64,000 nt of DNA from contig JAWMAR010000123.1 in assembly GCA_036785375.1 (NCBI GenBank), forward strand, positions 3,472,001 through 3,536,000. Reading direction: 5' to 3'. Made by a program: the position numbers and the translations under genes. Position 1 is the first letter of the stretch; each line of letters begins with the position of its first letter. Positions 52,960-63,816 of this stretch are shown here, piece after piece. This DNA is from Leucoraja ocellata. Taxonomy: Eukaryota. Below the pieces are notes generated by a model. It ran no database searches. It was not told where the DNA came from and was given only the letters and a program-made list of their open reading frames with translations.

Positions 52960-54429
52960 GTAAGTATTTTGAAAATCCTTTTAAAATGTATTTGTTATCA
53001 ACCGCAACAGCTTTTCAGTAATTTTCAGAGAGGAATGACGATACAGGCAAGTGTTTAAACAATTTATTTTTGTTCTGTTTCTCTACTGACCATCTAATGG
53101 TGGGGATTAGTTCTACACATTTCAGTAGGTCTTTGTTGACTTTATTTCAGAAGAACGTTAAATTAACTGCCCAAACAATGTCTCTCTGTATTTGAGCATC
53201 ACACCTGAGCTCTTTTTGTTAAAGGATGCCTATCAGTTTGCATCTGGCCCACAGTTTAGTGCCAAATCCCTGGGGAAGCTGTTTTTTCCCCTTCTAATTT
53301 TGAGAGGCTACCAACCATGGACCCTTTCCAATCTTGCTTTCTCGGAAAGGTCAATATTCCACAGCCATTAAGTCATGCAGCAGGGAAACGGGTCCTTAAC
53401 CCAATTTGTCCATGTCGACCATGTCCAGGATGGCCCATCTGAGGTAGTCCTATTTGCCAGTATTTGGCCCATGCGCCTCTAGACCTCTCCATGTATCTTT
53501 CCAAATGCCTTTTAAATGTTATCGTCCCTGCCTCATTAGAGGTTTGTGATGTGGAAATAGTACCATGGAAAATTGTTGTAGTTACACTGGTATACACTCA
53601 CAGTAGATTAATAATATAACTTTTTTTGTTTTGAAGTGAAAATGTGCCACTCTTTGCAAAAGTTCTCTCACCAGAAGTAATTTTTGGTACCTTTCTCTTT
53701 AGCAATTTCCTTATTGCTCTCTCCTCTTCTGAAGAAACTCGTTTCCTCCCATCTGCACAGTTCTGTGGGAGACAGTAATCTTTTACCACTTTCAAGTTGA
53801 AACGTGACAAGCATTTAAAAGGTTACCGTGACATTCTCAGCAGATTATTTCTCCTTGAAGGGTCCTACTGACAATTCTGAGTCGATCCTCACCAGATTAC
53901 ACTCCCTGGTTTTAATGAAAACATTCGGGAGCAAGTGTTCAGTTCAGTTTGTTTGTTCCGCTGGTCTCGGGGTACAGAGGTCAATTATATCATCCATAAC
54001 CACCATTCATTTGCAACCATTTAATTTGCCACCGATCCAAAGATGGAATCTTACATTGCAAGTAACTGAGCCATCAGGAGATGTTTATCTTAATTAAACC
54101 GTCAAAAGTTATCATTTGAAGGATGTTCAGACAATTTATGCTCAAAAACAGTTCTATTTAACATATAACTAGCGGGACTGCTTTATTTATTTGTATTAGT
54201 AGATTTGACGCATTGTCCAAAATTACTTACTTTTCTAATTTGGTTTAAAATGGGTTGCATTTTCAAAATAAGACAAAGGTACAGTCGTATAAAAGAAAGT
54301 GGGAACCTTTGTGCATAGACCATGATTTTGTGCAAAATCCAGGATTTCCATCATGAGTCCCTCGGGTTTGACATTTAATGCTTGAAAAGTTACCCCAATA
54401 AAGTATCCCAGTCACCTCCTTTATATTTT

Positions 54430-54682
54430 TGTGTGAGAAGGAACTGCAGATGCTGGTTTAAACTGAAGATAGACACAAAAAGCTGGAGTAACTACATCTC
54501 TTACTTTGTCTCATCCCACTTCCTCTAAGTCCAAGGCGCAGCTATGGGCACCTGCATGGGCCCCAGCCTTGCCTGCCTCTTTGTCGGGTACGTTGAACAA
54601 TCCCTGTTACAGGCGTACAATGGTCCTATCCCCGATTTATCTCCTGTCCCGTTGAGTTACTCCAGCCTTTTGTGTCTATCTC
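54430..54682 (+). mobile_element. Penelope-like element deletion derivative: inverted terminal piece + RT fragment + terminal piece
   Basis: SHFL*VQGAAMGTCMGPSLACLFVGYVEQSL is the PLE reverse-transcriptase GxAMGxxMxPxxAxLF motif; flanked by oppositely oriented copies of the terminal repeat. Confidence 0.8.
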
Positions 54683-54777
54683 CCTTTATTTTCATAATGG
54701 ATGTGAGGCTTGTAGATGGCATAGTCCTTTTGTGCAGGAATGACTTTCCAGAAGACAGAAGGAGCCAACAAAGGTAT

Positions 54778-55012
54778 CAATAGACAATAGGTGCAGGAGT
54801 AGGCCATTCGGCCCTTCGAGCCAGCACCGCCATTCAATGTGATCATGGCTGATCATCCCCAATCAGTACCCCGTTCCTGCCTTCTCCCCATATCTCCTGA
54901 CTCCACTATTTTTAAGAGCCCTATCTTGCTCTCTCTTGAAAGCATCCAGAGAACCGGCCTCCACTGCCCTCTGAGGCAGAGAATTCCACAGACTGATCAC
55001 ACTCTGTGAGAA
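54778..55012 (-). mobile_element. CR1/HER1-like 3' end
   Basis: Near-identical to 52290-52490 and the reverse of 42690-42915. Confidence 0.82.
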
Positions 55013-55178
55013 AATTAATAATTTATTATTACATTAATAATTGTAATAGTAAGAAATAACGTTCTTGGTGTTATGAATTTTCTTTAGTTATTTCATGTAA
55101 TACTGAGTAGATACATCCTAAAGTATATCTCCTTGAATTTATGCAATGCAATAATTACATTGTTTTTTTCTTTCACAG

Positions 55179-55427
55179 GGCAAAGACATGGTAACACAAA
55201 AGCTTCCTGGTTGGCAGCAGGCCTGCAGCGATCCTTCCAAAATTCCTGACCATGCATTGTCAATGGTGCAGCAGTTGGCTTCAGGCAATGGAGGAACCCT
55301 TAACCCCGACCCTGTGGCCACCACCAAATCAGGGCTGATAATTTCAGATCCCATTCCTGGTGCTAAACCTCTACCAGTACCACCAGAGCTTGCACCCTTC
55401 GTTGGAAGTAACATGGGTTCCAATTCT
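55179..55427 (+). CDS. BAIAP2: BAIAP2 coding exon (exon 8 equivalent: end of IMD plus CRIB-PR Cdc42-binding motif), 249 bp, phase 0/0
   Basis: tttcacag|GGCAAAGAC...AATTCT|gtaagt; GKDMVTQKLPGWQQACSDPSKIPDHA...LIISDPIPGAKPLPVPPELAPFVGSNMGSNS. ISDPIPGAKPLPVPPELAPF is the IRSp53-specific partial CRIB/proline-rich motif. Confidence 0.95.
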
Positions 55428-57267
55428 GTAAGTAACAATGATTTCTATCCGTGATTTAGCAGTATGAGTCTACTATGTATGTAGAATAATTCAACAGTGA
55501 AGCAGTGGGACATGGACTTCACTATCTAAGAGAGTGGTGGAGACAGAAACGCATCTACACGTACTGGAAGGGCCACGATCCATGTAACTCTGCACCAACA
55601 GCTGCAGAGTGGGAGTAGTCTCAATGCCTCAAATTTTGGCTGGCATGGATGAATCAATATGCTGCTTATTCTATTATCTTGATTCAATGTGGGGTTAGAT
55701 ATGTTTATCTAATGCTTAATGAGAAACAGAATCTACAGGAGCCCGTTTGATATTTGTACATCATTTTCCCTGAAGAATGTTTTTTTTCCTCTGGAAGTTG
55801 ATCATAGAATTTTTTTCACCCTCACATTGTTGGAGTTGTTCCAAGAGATTTTGTTGCACTCTCAGATAGAAATGAGAGCACTTCTCAGAAGTCGTTAATT
55901 AAATGTTGTCGGTGCCAATTTTGATACAGTTAAGCTGCATGCAGGTCAATCTACCCTAGTGGGTTGAAGCCATGTCAGGAGTCTTCACAAAGAGTTGTGA
56001 ACTACTGTGACGGATTGTTTCTCTATTTAAAATGACAGCCGTAAAACACTGGCATTTAAAACTGTGAATGCCTGACACAAAAGCTACGGCAAGTAGTAGT
56101 AGCTGCTTTTTTTATTTATTCATTGACTGTGGGAGAGTATTTATGCACACAATAGTGAAATGCACATTCATAAAATTGGCATTGCATTTAAATACCTAAT
56201 GTTCTGTTTATCAAATTATTTTAAGTATTCATTCATTTCTCTGGGTCCTTTTTAAAGCTAGTCTTTGCCTCCTTAATCCACAGCTTGGAAACAGCGGCTG
56301 GGGCGTATCTCCTGAGACATTTTCCAATGACAATAGAATAGTTCTTATCCATAGGTCTGCACGCCTTTTCCCACTCCAAGAGAGAAGATGAAACCAAATT
56401 GATTCTAATTTATCAGAATTATTCTGAGGGTTTCATTCACTCGGGTAAAATAGGTCACATTCCGTGCACCATAGTGGGACTTGTTCAATATGGATATTTT
56501 TAAGATGAGGAGATTCACATGACTAAGGTTATTCAGCTTTAGGATTTTCTTAGTCATTGTTGTTCAGGAGTATTTCCAAGTTCAGGAACAGTATTGTTTA
56601 GCTGTTCAGGATGAGAGTGTACTTTGCTTCTGTATTCAGAAAGGAGGATTAAAAAAAAAAACTTTTGCTTGTATTGCAAACTCAGAATTCAAATGGGCAC
56701 ATTATTAGTTGAGAATGATGTGCTACATGTAAGAATCTGAGATGCAAGGAGCATTTTGTGCTGTTCAAAAAGTCCAAACCTGGTCTGATCTTGGCTTCGA
56801 CGCCATTTTACTGCCCTTTGGCCCACTATGTCCAAGCCGACCTTGTTGCCCCTCTACTCTAATCCAATTTCCTTTATGAAGACAGTATCCTTCTCCGCCT
56901 ACATCCTGGCCAGTCTCTGCATTATCTCCAGAACAATCACTATAACTTGCCGACGAGAACTGCACACTGCACTCCAAGTGCAGTCTAATTGGTATTTTGT
57001 AAAATTGCATCATAACGTCCCCCTCTTGAATTCTTTGACTTTGCCAATGAAAGCAAGCATTTCATATCTGTACAGTTAAATGCTTAAAATAGTTATTGTG
57101 TAGTCATGATTTTTTAAATTTATATAGTGCCATTCATATGTTGTGGTAATATATCCATATAATTTTGAATGATATCAATGTTATATCTTAGGAAAGGCAA
57201 CAGCCAGTTTCAGCAGAGGAAGCGTTCTTAAACAACATTGCTAATAGCCAATTATGTTTATTTATAG

Positions 57268-57612
57268 ATGTTACTTGAGGGATAAGTATTTCAAGGCACC
57301 TGGGATATCTCCTCTGAAATAGCAACCCAGGATCTCTTGCATCCATTTTAGAGAGCAGATGGGTCTTTGGTTTAATATCTCATCTGTTGCTGCTTCAGCT
57401 TGCCACTAGATTACCAGCCTGTATTTCCCATGTGATGGCCTAAAACTATAACTCTGCATAGATGCTGCTTGACCTGCTGATAACTTCTTGCATTTTCTAT
57501 TTTCTTTTTAAATGTTTGTTTCAGGTTTCCAGCATCTGCAGTTTTTGTTTACCCTTAATTATTTTTTGTGCTCAAGTCCCGGGGTGGGATAGGAACAAAC
57601 AACCTTTGAGAT
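57268..57612 (-). mobile_element. Ancient DeuSINE/SacSINE1-like SINE, interrupted by a PLE terminal fragment (~57455-57550)
   Basis: Minus strand: gacttgagcacaaa..aggctg..gatgagatattaaaccaaagacccatctgctctc..ggatgcaagagatcc..atccctcaa resembles the Deu-domain consensus (from memory). Confidence 0.65.
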
Positions 57613-57804
57613 GAGGATCACTCGCTCGAATTTGTCTTTTTTCATTGGAAGTTAATTTTTGAAGAACATTACATGTTAAATATCCAGTTAAATTCTATTA
57701 CCTCGATGTAGTGAACTGCAGACTGGGGTCAAGCAAAATATTAGATAGAGACACATGATTTAGAAATTGCTCTAATTTTAAAACCTGGTTTCAGAGTTTT
57801 TAGC

Positions 57805-58118
57805 CAGAATAGAGGAATCAAGGACCAGACCTCATGGGTTTAAGGTTAGAGGGGAAAGATTAAAAAGGAACCTGAGGGGCAACTTCTTCCACACAGAAGG
57901 TGGTGGGTATATGGAATGAGCTGCCAGAGGAGGTAGTTTAGGCAGGTTCTTTAACAAAAAGACATTTGGACAGGTAAATGGGCATGCAAGGATTAGAGGG
58001 ATATGGGCCGAACACAGGCAGGTGTTCTAAGATAAGGTGTTCTAGCTAAGATGGGACATATTGGTCAGCGTGGGCAAATTGGGCCGAAGGGGTCTTTTTC
58101 CGTGCTGTGTTACTCTGT
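57805..58118 (+). mobile_element. CR1-like LINE 3' end
   Basis: ctgaggggcaacttcttc..gtatatggaatgagctgccagaggaggtagt..gggatatgggcc..gggccgaagg. Confidence 0.8.
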
Positions 58119-60653
58119 TACAAATATTTTAATGTTCCCCACCATTTTTTTTGGTTCTAGCCACAGCGAAAGAAGTTTCCAAATAGAAGGATTAGATAGA
58201 CATTTTCAAATGACAATAACTGGTGTTAATTTTCTTTTCAAATTGTTCAGGGAATTGCACCAACACGGATATATAGATCTGTGGATTCTTGTGAAGTAAA
58301 CTCTTGGTGTTATTCAAATGTGCTCCACAGTTTATATCTAGAAATTCAGAGCAGCTCCAGTAATGAAATAAATAGTCTACTTATTTTGAACCCGGACATA
58401 AATAGCAAATGCGTAGGTGAGCTTTTCAGCCTTGCACCATTTCTACTTTGAATACTGTGGACGTACAGTCCCTTATTAGCTCTAATAATAGAACGCATAT
58501 CTGAATGGAACATCATGATTTTTTATTTGAAGACTGAAGAAAGGTCTTGACCCAAAACATCGCCTATTTCCTTCGCTCCATAGATGCTGCCTCACCCGCT
58601 GAGTTTCTCCAGCAATTTTGTCTACCTTTGATTTTCCAGCATCTGCAGTTCCTTCTTAAACTTTTATTTGAACTTGCTATCTTTGACGATGCCTTTTATA
58701 ATTTGGCCGAGTCCAACGATGTTTTTATCAAGTGATTCTTTAATGCTGCAGCAAGGGAAATAACTGACTTCATCCTGTTGAGTAATGCCTTCCAACAGCT
58801 AATCATTGCCTGGGAATGACAGTGAACGTCAAGTGTTTTGAGACTAAAACCTATCAGGGAAGTAATTGCAAAGTGCTTCACTTGGCAAAGGGAAGGGTTT
58901 GCAACAGTTTTCTCAATCCACACACTGCATATTTTGTGCTTTATTTGCTCATTGGAATCTACTGCAAGCATATATTTAATGCTTCTGCTCACTGTCCATC
59001 TTCTCAGGAGGACTGAACATAGTGAAAATCTGTGCATGGGCTTCCTGTGATGCCTTTCTGTTGATTTCATTCAACTCTAAATTGTGTCTAATTTTTAGTA
59101 ATTGGTTTTGTTTTGCTTTGGAATTGCTTTAGAATTCAGATTTCTTTTTAGATTTACCCTGCACAGAAAGTTCTGCTATAATGTAATAGATGTATTCCTA
59201 AGACATAGCAAACTGTTTTATAAACTAGTTGTCTCGATGGGGAAAAGGGAATTGGGTGCTAGAGAATTTCAGACGCTCAATAACAAAAGTTATTTCTCCC
59301 ACAGGATTTTCAAAAATAAAGGTTCTTTTAATAGCTACAGGTTTAGTTTTGTTATTGCAAGCTAAAAATACTAAAGGTTGTGTGTTACATAGCTTAATTC
59401 GGGTATCATTGCACAAGTGTAGATAGAAGTGATTCTTATCAATTTCAGTGCCACTCATGATGAACTGTGTTAAGAGATAATTGTGACTGATTACTGCAGG
59501 GAGGTTACATGGAAACTCTTTCATTTTCATGGATTGTTTTGTTTTTTACACAGGACAGCTTTTTTTCTGCTTGTCAATTTCCAAAGTGACTTTTAAATGG
59601 TTTTCCAATTCCTGACAGAAATCGGGTGATATTCAATTCAACCCATATAATGCAAATATGTCCCCTCATTCATCTATCACATTATATTTAAACAGTGTTA
59701 TTGAAAGCACAGGTTATAGCCAAACTGTACTTGGTTTTGTCTGGAAACAATTATATCTAAAGTTGTTCAGTGGGAATTGCAGTCTATTGCCACCAAATTT
59801 TAGTTGTTCGAATAAGGTTTCTGTTTTAATGCAGATAAGAATGAGTGAATACTTATTTTGAATGATGTTGGACTAATTTCTGTCCAATTGCATGTTTCAG
59901 TGCTTAGATGATTTTTTGCAGTTAGTTGAAGGCAAATAATATGTAATGATTGCTGATGATTTGTATGGTTGACTCATTATAATGAACCACATCCGAGGCA
60001 TAATGTAGAATTACTTCCAAAAATAGTGATTTTTTTTTCCCCTTGATTGGCTAACATTTTGCACCAAATTCTACTACTAAACTTGAAGATAACTATCCAT
60101 TCTTATTTTTAGCTAGCGAATTATCCCATAAGCTCGATCCTTTGTGAACTATTCGTATACAAACCAGGATAGCTTTTGCTACGTTAATGCAAGATTTAAG
60201 AATATATTAGTAAAAGTACACCCAAAAGTGCTGACTGTGGGGCTCCATACTCTCGGAATATTGCTATGACAATCTGGAATACGTAGCATTAAGTCTTTTA
60301 AGATGCTGTTTGGCACAGGAAAATACAAAGAAGAGACATTGGCGCTGAAAGGCAGCAAGCCTACCGCTGCACCACTGTGCTGGTGGTTTAGTTAAAGCTA
60401 TAAATATGAGATTTACAGGAGGCTTGAAACAAGTGGACGAAAGATCCACAACCAGGCATTGAACTTGGAAAAACAGATTGAGGAGCAAGTCATGAAGTCT
60501 GATGATTACAAATGTTGTTTGTAACAAAGACAGTGAAATACTAGTAATTTTTGACTTTATCAATCCAGGGATGTGAGTTATGTGCTGTATATTTTGTAAT
60601 AAGCTGTATTGTCGGAGTTAGATACTGAATGATTATTTTTGTTTCCATTTCAG

Positions 60654-60855
60654 CGCATGATGGGCCAGGATGTTTCCTTAGTGCCTAATGGCGACCTGTC
60701 CAACTCACACCAAGCAGGCTATCAGCAATCGGCCCCGCCTGATGTCAAACCAAAGCCGCCTTCACCGCCACAACTTCCCAAACAGCAAAATGATGTCTAT
60801 TCCAACACACTGCCTACACGCAAAGCATTGCTCTTGAAAGCCAGCCCTTTGTCAG
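60654..60855 (+). CDS. BAIAP2: BAIAP2 coding exon (exon 9 equivalent, linker with 14-3-3 site), 202 bp, phase 0/1
   Basis: catttcag|CGCATGATG...TTGTCAG|gtgagt; RMMGQDVSLVPNGD...NDVYSNTLPTRKALLLKASPLS. YSNTLP matches the IRSp53 T340 region. Confidence 0.93.
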
Positions 60856-61185
60856 GTGAGTGACCAGTAATCTGGGCACAGTCTAATGGTAATGGGAACA
60901 AATATTTAATCATTGTTGTCAAGTGTACATTAAACAGGTCATGCACTGACTTGTATGTTTCTTTAGTCACAGGCAGTATTTAACTAGGTGTGGTCCTGAT
61001 AGAAAGTTGCATAACATATTTAACCCTTGCATTCCTTAGCACAAAAGGACAGCAAATTGCTTAAGGGAAATTCTGTGTCTACCTTCTCTTTAATAATGAA
61101 GGCAACTCTACATTATAGTCTCAGACCACTTCCACTGCAATTATAATCCAAAATCGGTATTTCAAAACTATTCACTTCTTTAGTC

Positions 61186-61410
61186 CAAGGATGGTGAATC
61201 TGTGGAATTTATTGCCACAGACAACAGTGGAGGCCAAGTCGATGGATATTTTTAAGGTGGATATTGGCAGATTCTTGATTAGCAAGGGTGTCAGGGGTTA
61301 TGGGGAGATGGCAGGAGAATGTGGTTGAGAGGGAAAGAACATCAGCCATGATTGCATGGCGGAGTAGACTTGATGGGCTGAACGGCCTAATTCTGCTCCG
61401 GGAACTTGTG
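61186..61410 (+). mobile_element. CR1-like LINE 3' end
   Basis: Same family as 47920-48355 and 22145-22300. Confidence 0.78.
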
Positions 61411-61417
61411 AACCGGT

Positions 61418-61620
61418 TAGACACAAAATGCTGGAGTAACTCAGCAGTTCAGACAACATCTCTGGAGAAAAAGAACAGGTGACATTTTGCGTTGGAACCC
61501 TTCTTCAGATTCAAATCACCCATCTTTTTCTCCAGAGATGCTGCTTGACCCACTGAGTTACTCCAGCATTTTGTGTCTACCTTTGGTATAAACCAGCATC
61601 TGCAATTCCTTCCTACACAA
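61418..61620. repeat. Palindromic pair of PLE terminal repeats
   Basis: tagacacaaaatgctggagtaactcag ... ctgagttactccagcattttgtgtcta. Confidence 0.82.
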
Positions 61621-61745
61621 CTAGCATCTACAGTTTTTCCCTACGCACCTATGTTAATCTTTAGTCGTCTCCATTATAAAAGTAGCTGTATTTAATTCAC
61701 CTGCTATGGTGATGCAATTTTCAACAACCTACTGTTCAGTAAGAT

Positions 61746-62048
61746 AGTTTAGTTTAAAGATACAGTGTGGAAAATCTGCACTGTACATGCCGTTCATTGA
61801 TCACCCATACACTAGTTCTATGTCATCCCAGTTTCACATCCTACACACTAGGGGCAATTTACAGAAGTCAATTAAGCTGCAAGCCTGCACATCTTTGGAA
61901 TATGGGAGGAAATTGGGGGCGACCGGTGAAAGCCCATGCGGTCACAGGGAGAATGTACAAACTCCATGCAGACAAGCACCTGTAGTCCGGATCGAATCCG
62001 GGTCTCTGGATCTGCAAGGCAGCAACTCTACCGCTGCACCATTGTGCC
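61746..62048 (-). mobile_element. HE1/V-SINE-like SINE
   Basis: Reverse copy with head ggcacaatggtgcagcggtagagttgctgcc. Confidence 0.8.
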
Positions 62049-62182
62049 ACTCTTGGGTATCCTCGAGTTTCTTGCAAATTTGGCACAATTGCAATCTCAA
62101 AGATCATATGTTAAGAAATGCTGATTTTTCTCATTCTTAAACCAACTAGAGAGACCAGTTTATATTAATAAGAGCCTGCTTT

Positions 62183-62645
62183 TAGGTTTATTGTTGTCAC
62201 ACATATCGAAATACATTGCTGAGTTTTGTTTTGTATGCTGTCTAATCTGATCAGATAATGCTGCACATAAATACAATCTGGTCAAACAACAGGCAGAGCA
62301 AAGGGGAAAGTACAGAGTTCAGAATCTAGTTCTCAGCATTGAAGCGCATCAGTCCCATAGACAAAGTTCAATGTCCGCAATAAGGGACGAGGTGAATCAG
62401 ATAGTACCCTAGCTTATGGGAAGGCCGTTCAGAAGCCTGAAAATAAGGGGAGAAAGCTGTTCCTGAGTCTGGTGGTGCGTTCTAGCTTCTATACCTTCTG
62501 TTGAATAGTGAAGGGAGAAGAAGGAATGGGTCAAGTCTGAGTTTCATTGGCTGCTTTTCTGAGGCAGCATGATGTGCAGATGGTCAGTAATAGGGAGTCT
62601 GGTCCATGCGATGGACTGGGCCACATCTACAACACTCCGCAATTA
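62183..62645 (-). mobile_element. LINE 3' fragment with TGACAATAAA-type tail (Rex1/L2-like)
   Basis: Shares sequence with 8008-8265, 4595-4720, 6388-6500 and (plus strand) 46860-46960; ends ~40 bp before the SH3 exon acceptor. Confidence 0.65.
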
Positions 62646-62685
62646 CTTTGTACCCTGACTGATGTTATCTTGTCCCGCTGTTCAG

Positions 62686-62887
62686 CTGAAAACAAGACTT
62701 TGCCTCGATCAAGCTCAATGGCTGCTGGTTTAGAAAAGAACGGAAGAATCAAAGTCCAAGCTATTTTCTCGCATCAGGCCGGAGGCAACAGTACACTGCT
62801 GAGTTTCAGCGAGGGTGACGTCATCACATTGTTGGTTCCTGAGGCCAAAGATGGCTGGCATTATGGCGAGAATGAAAAGACACGGAT
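62686..62887 (+). CDS. BAIAP2: BAIAP2 coding exon (exon 10 equivalent, SH3 domain N-terminal part), 202 bp, phase 1/2
   Basis: gttcag|CTGAAAAC...CGGAT|gtaagt; (A)ENKTLPRSSSMAAGLEKNGRIKVQAIFSHQAGGNSTLLSFSEGDVITLLVPEAKDGWHYGENEKTR(M). Confidence 0.97.
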
Positions 62888-63144
62888 GTAAGTAACCATG
62901 TACTGTGCATTAACGTTTATATCGTCCAATTTGTCACCATTAAAAGCAAATTGTTGTCGTGGTCGAGGATGATGGTCTACATTCTGTGGTTTTTATGGAC
63001 TCTCAGGTGGCTTAAAAGCAAATAACTATGTACTCATGAGGCATTGCCAACTGGATTGTTGCTTGCCGGCATTAGAGGCAGGTGAGTTTTGTTTTTACAA
63101 TGTATAAATGATATGATCCAATGATTCTATCATTTTGTTTTCAG

Positions 63145-63210
63145 GCGAGGATGGTTTCCCTTCTCTTATACCCGTATAATGCAAGGTGGAATCAATAACA
63201 TTTTAAATAA
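63145..63210 (+). CDS. BAIAP2: BAIAP2 coding exon (exon 11 equivalent, end of SH3), 66 bp, phase 2/2
   Basis: ttttcag|GCGAGGATGG...AATAA|gtaagt; (M)RGWFPFSYTRIMQGGINNILN completes the SH3 GWFPxxY motif. Not in the ORF track. Confidence 0.93.
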
Positions 63211-63816
63211 GTAAGTGGCTATTTAAGAATAATTGCACCTTTGGATGTGTGATATTTGTCTCCATTTCCTGCCCACCTGCTCTAATGCAAGTTCCTTTTG
63301 TCCATATTTTACTCCATTAATTGCTCGGAGAGGTCTTGTTTCCTCTTTGATGAGCACAAAATTAATGGAAATTGGTGTTTGTACCTGGGGAAGGCCATTT
63401 CTATTTCACTGCCTGCTGCTAAATCTTGTGCTAACCATAACAAATGTGTCTGGTTTTTCCACATCACAACGCATTAATAGTCCAGTGCTGTGTGCCAACC
63501 GATAATTAAACTTCATGGTTACTCTATTCTTGATGATAAACAATACACTTAATATATTTTTAATTGCAGTTGTTCATTTTGTATATTGGAAGAATAATTT
63601 ATTTTTCCAGTTCAATCTGGTTGGTTGCTAAATCTTAAGTCAAAACTGGTCCTCCCCAGATTCCGATGCAGTTCCATTCCTGAGCATGGTTTGTGATCTG
63701 GACAGTTTGTATGTTGGAGAAGTGGCTGCCCAGCAATATATTTAAACAAAAACGGAGGCGAAGCCAGGGCAACATGCTGTTAAACCTAGATGTTTAACCT
63801 GCCACTTCAGGTCAGA

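Noticed and set aside
55407-55413. Alternative donor A|GTAAC near the mammalian exon 8 end
   Set aside because: It would be phase 1 and break the frame with the phase-0 exon at 60654; the GTAAGT donor at 55428 is stronger and in phase.
7615-61360. Scattered TGCATG (Rbfox) hexamers
   Set aside because: The count looks compatible with chance in 64 kb and there is no clustering next to exons.
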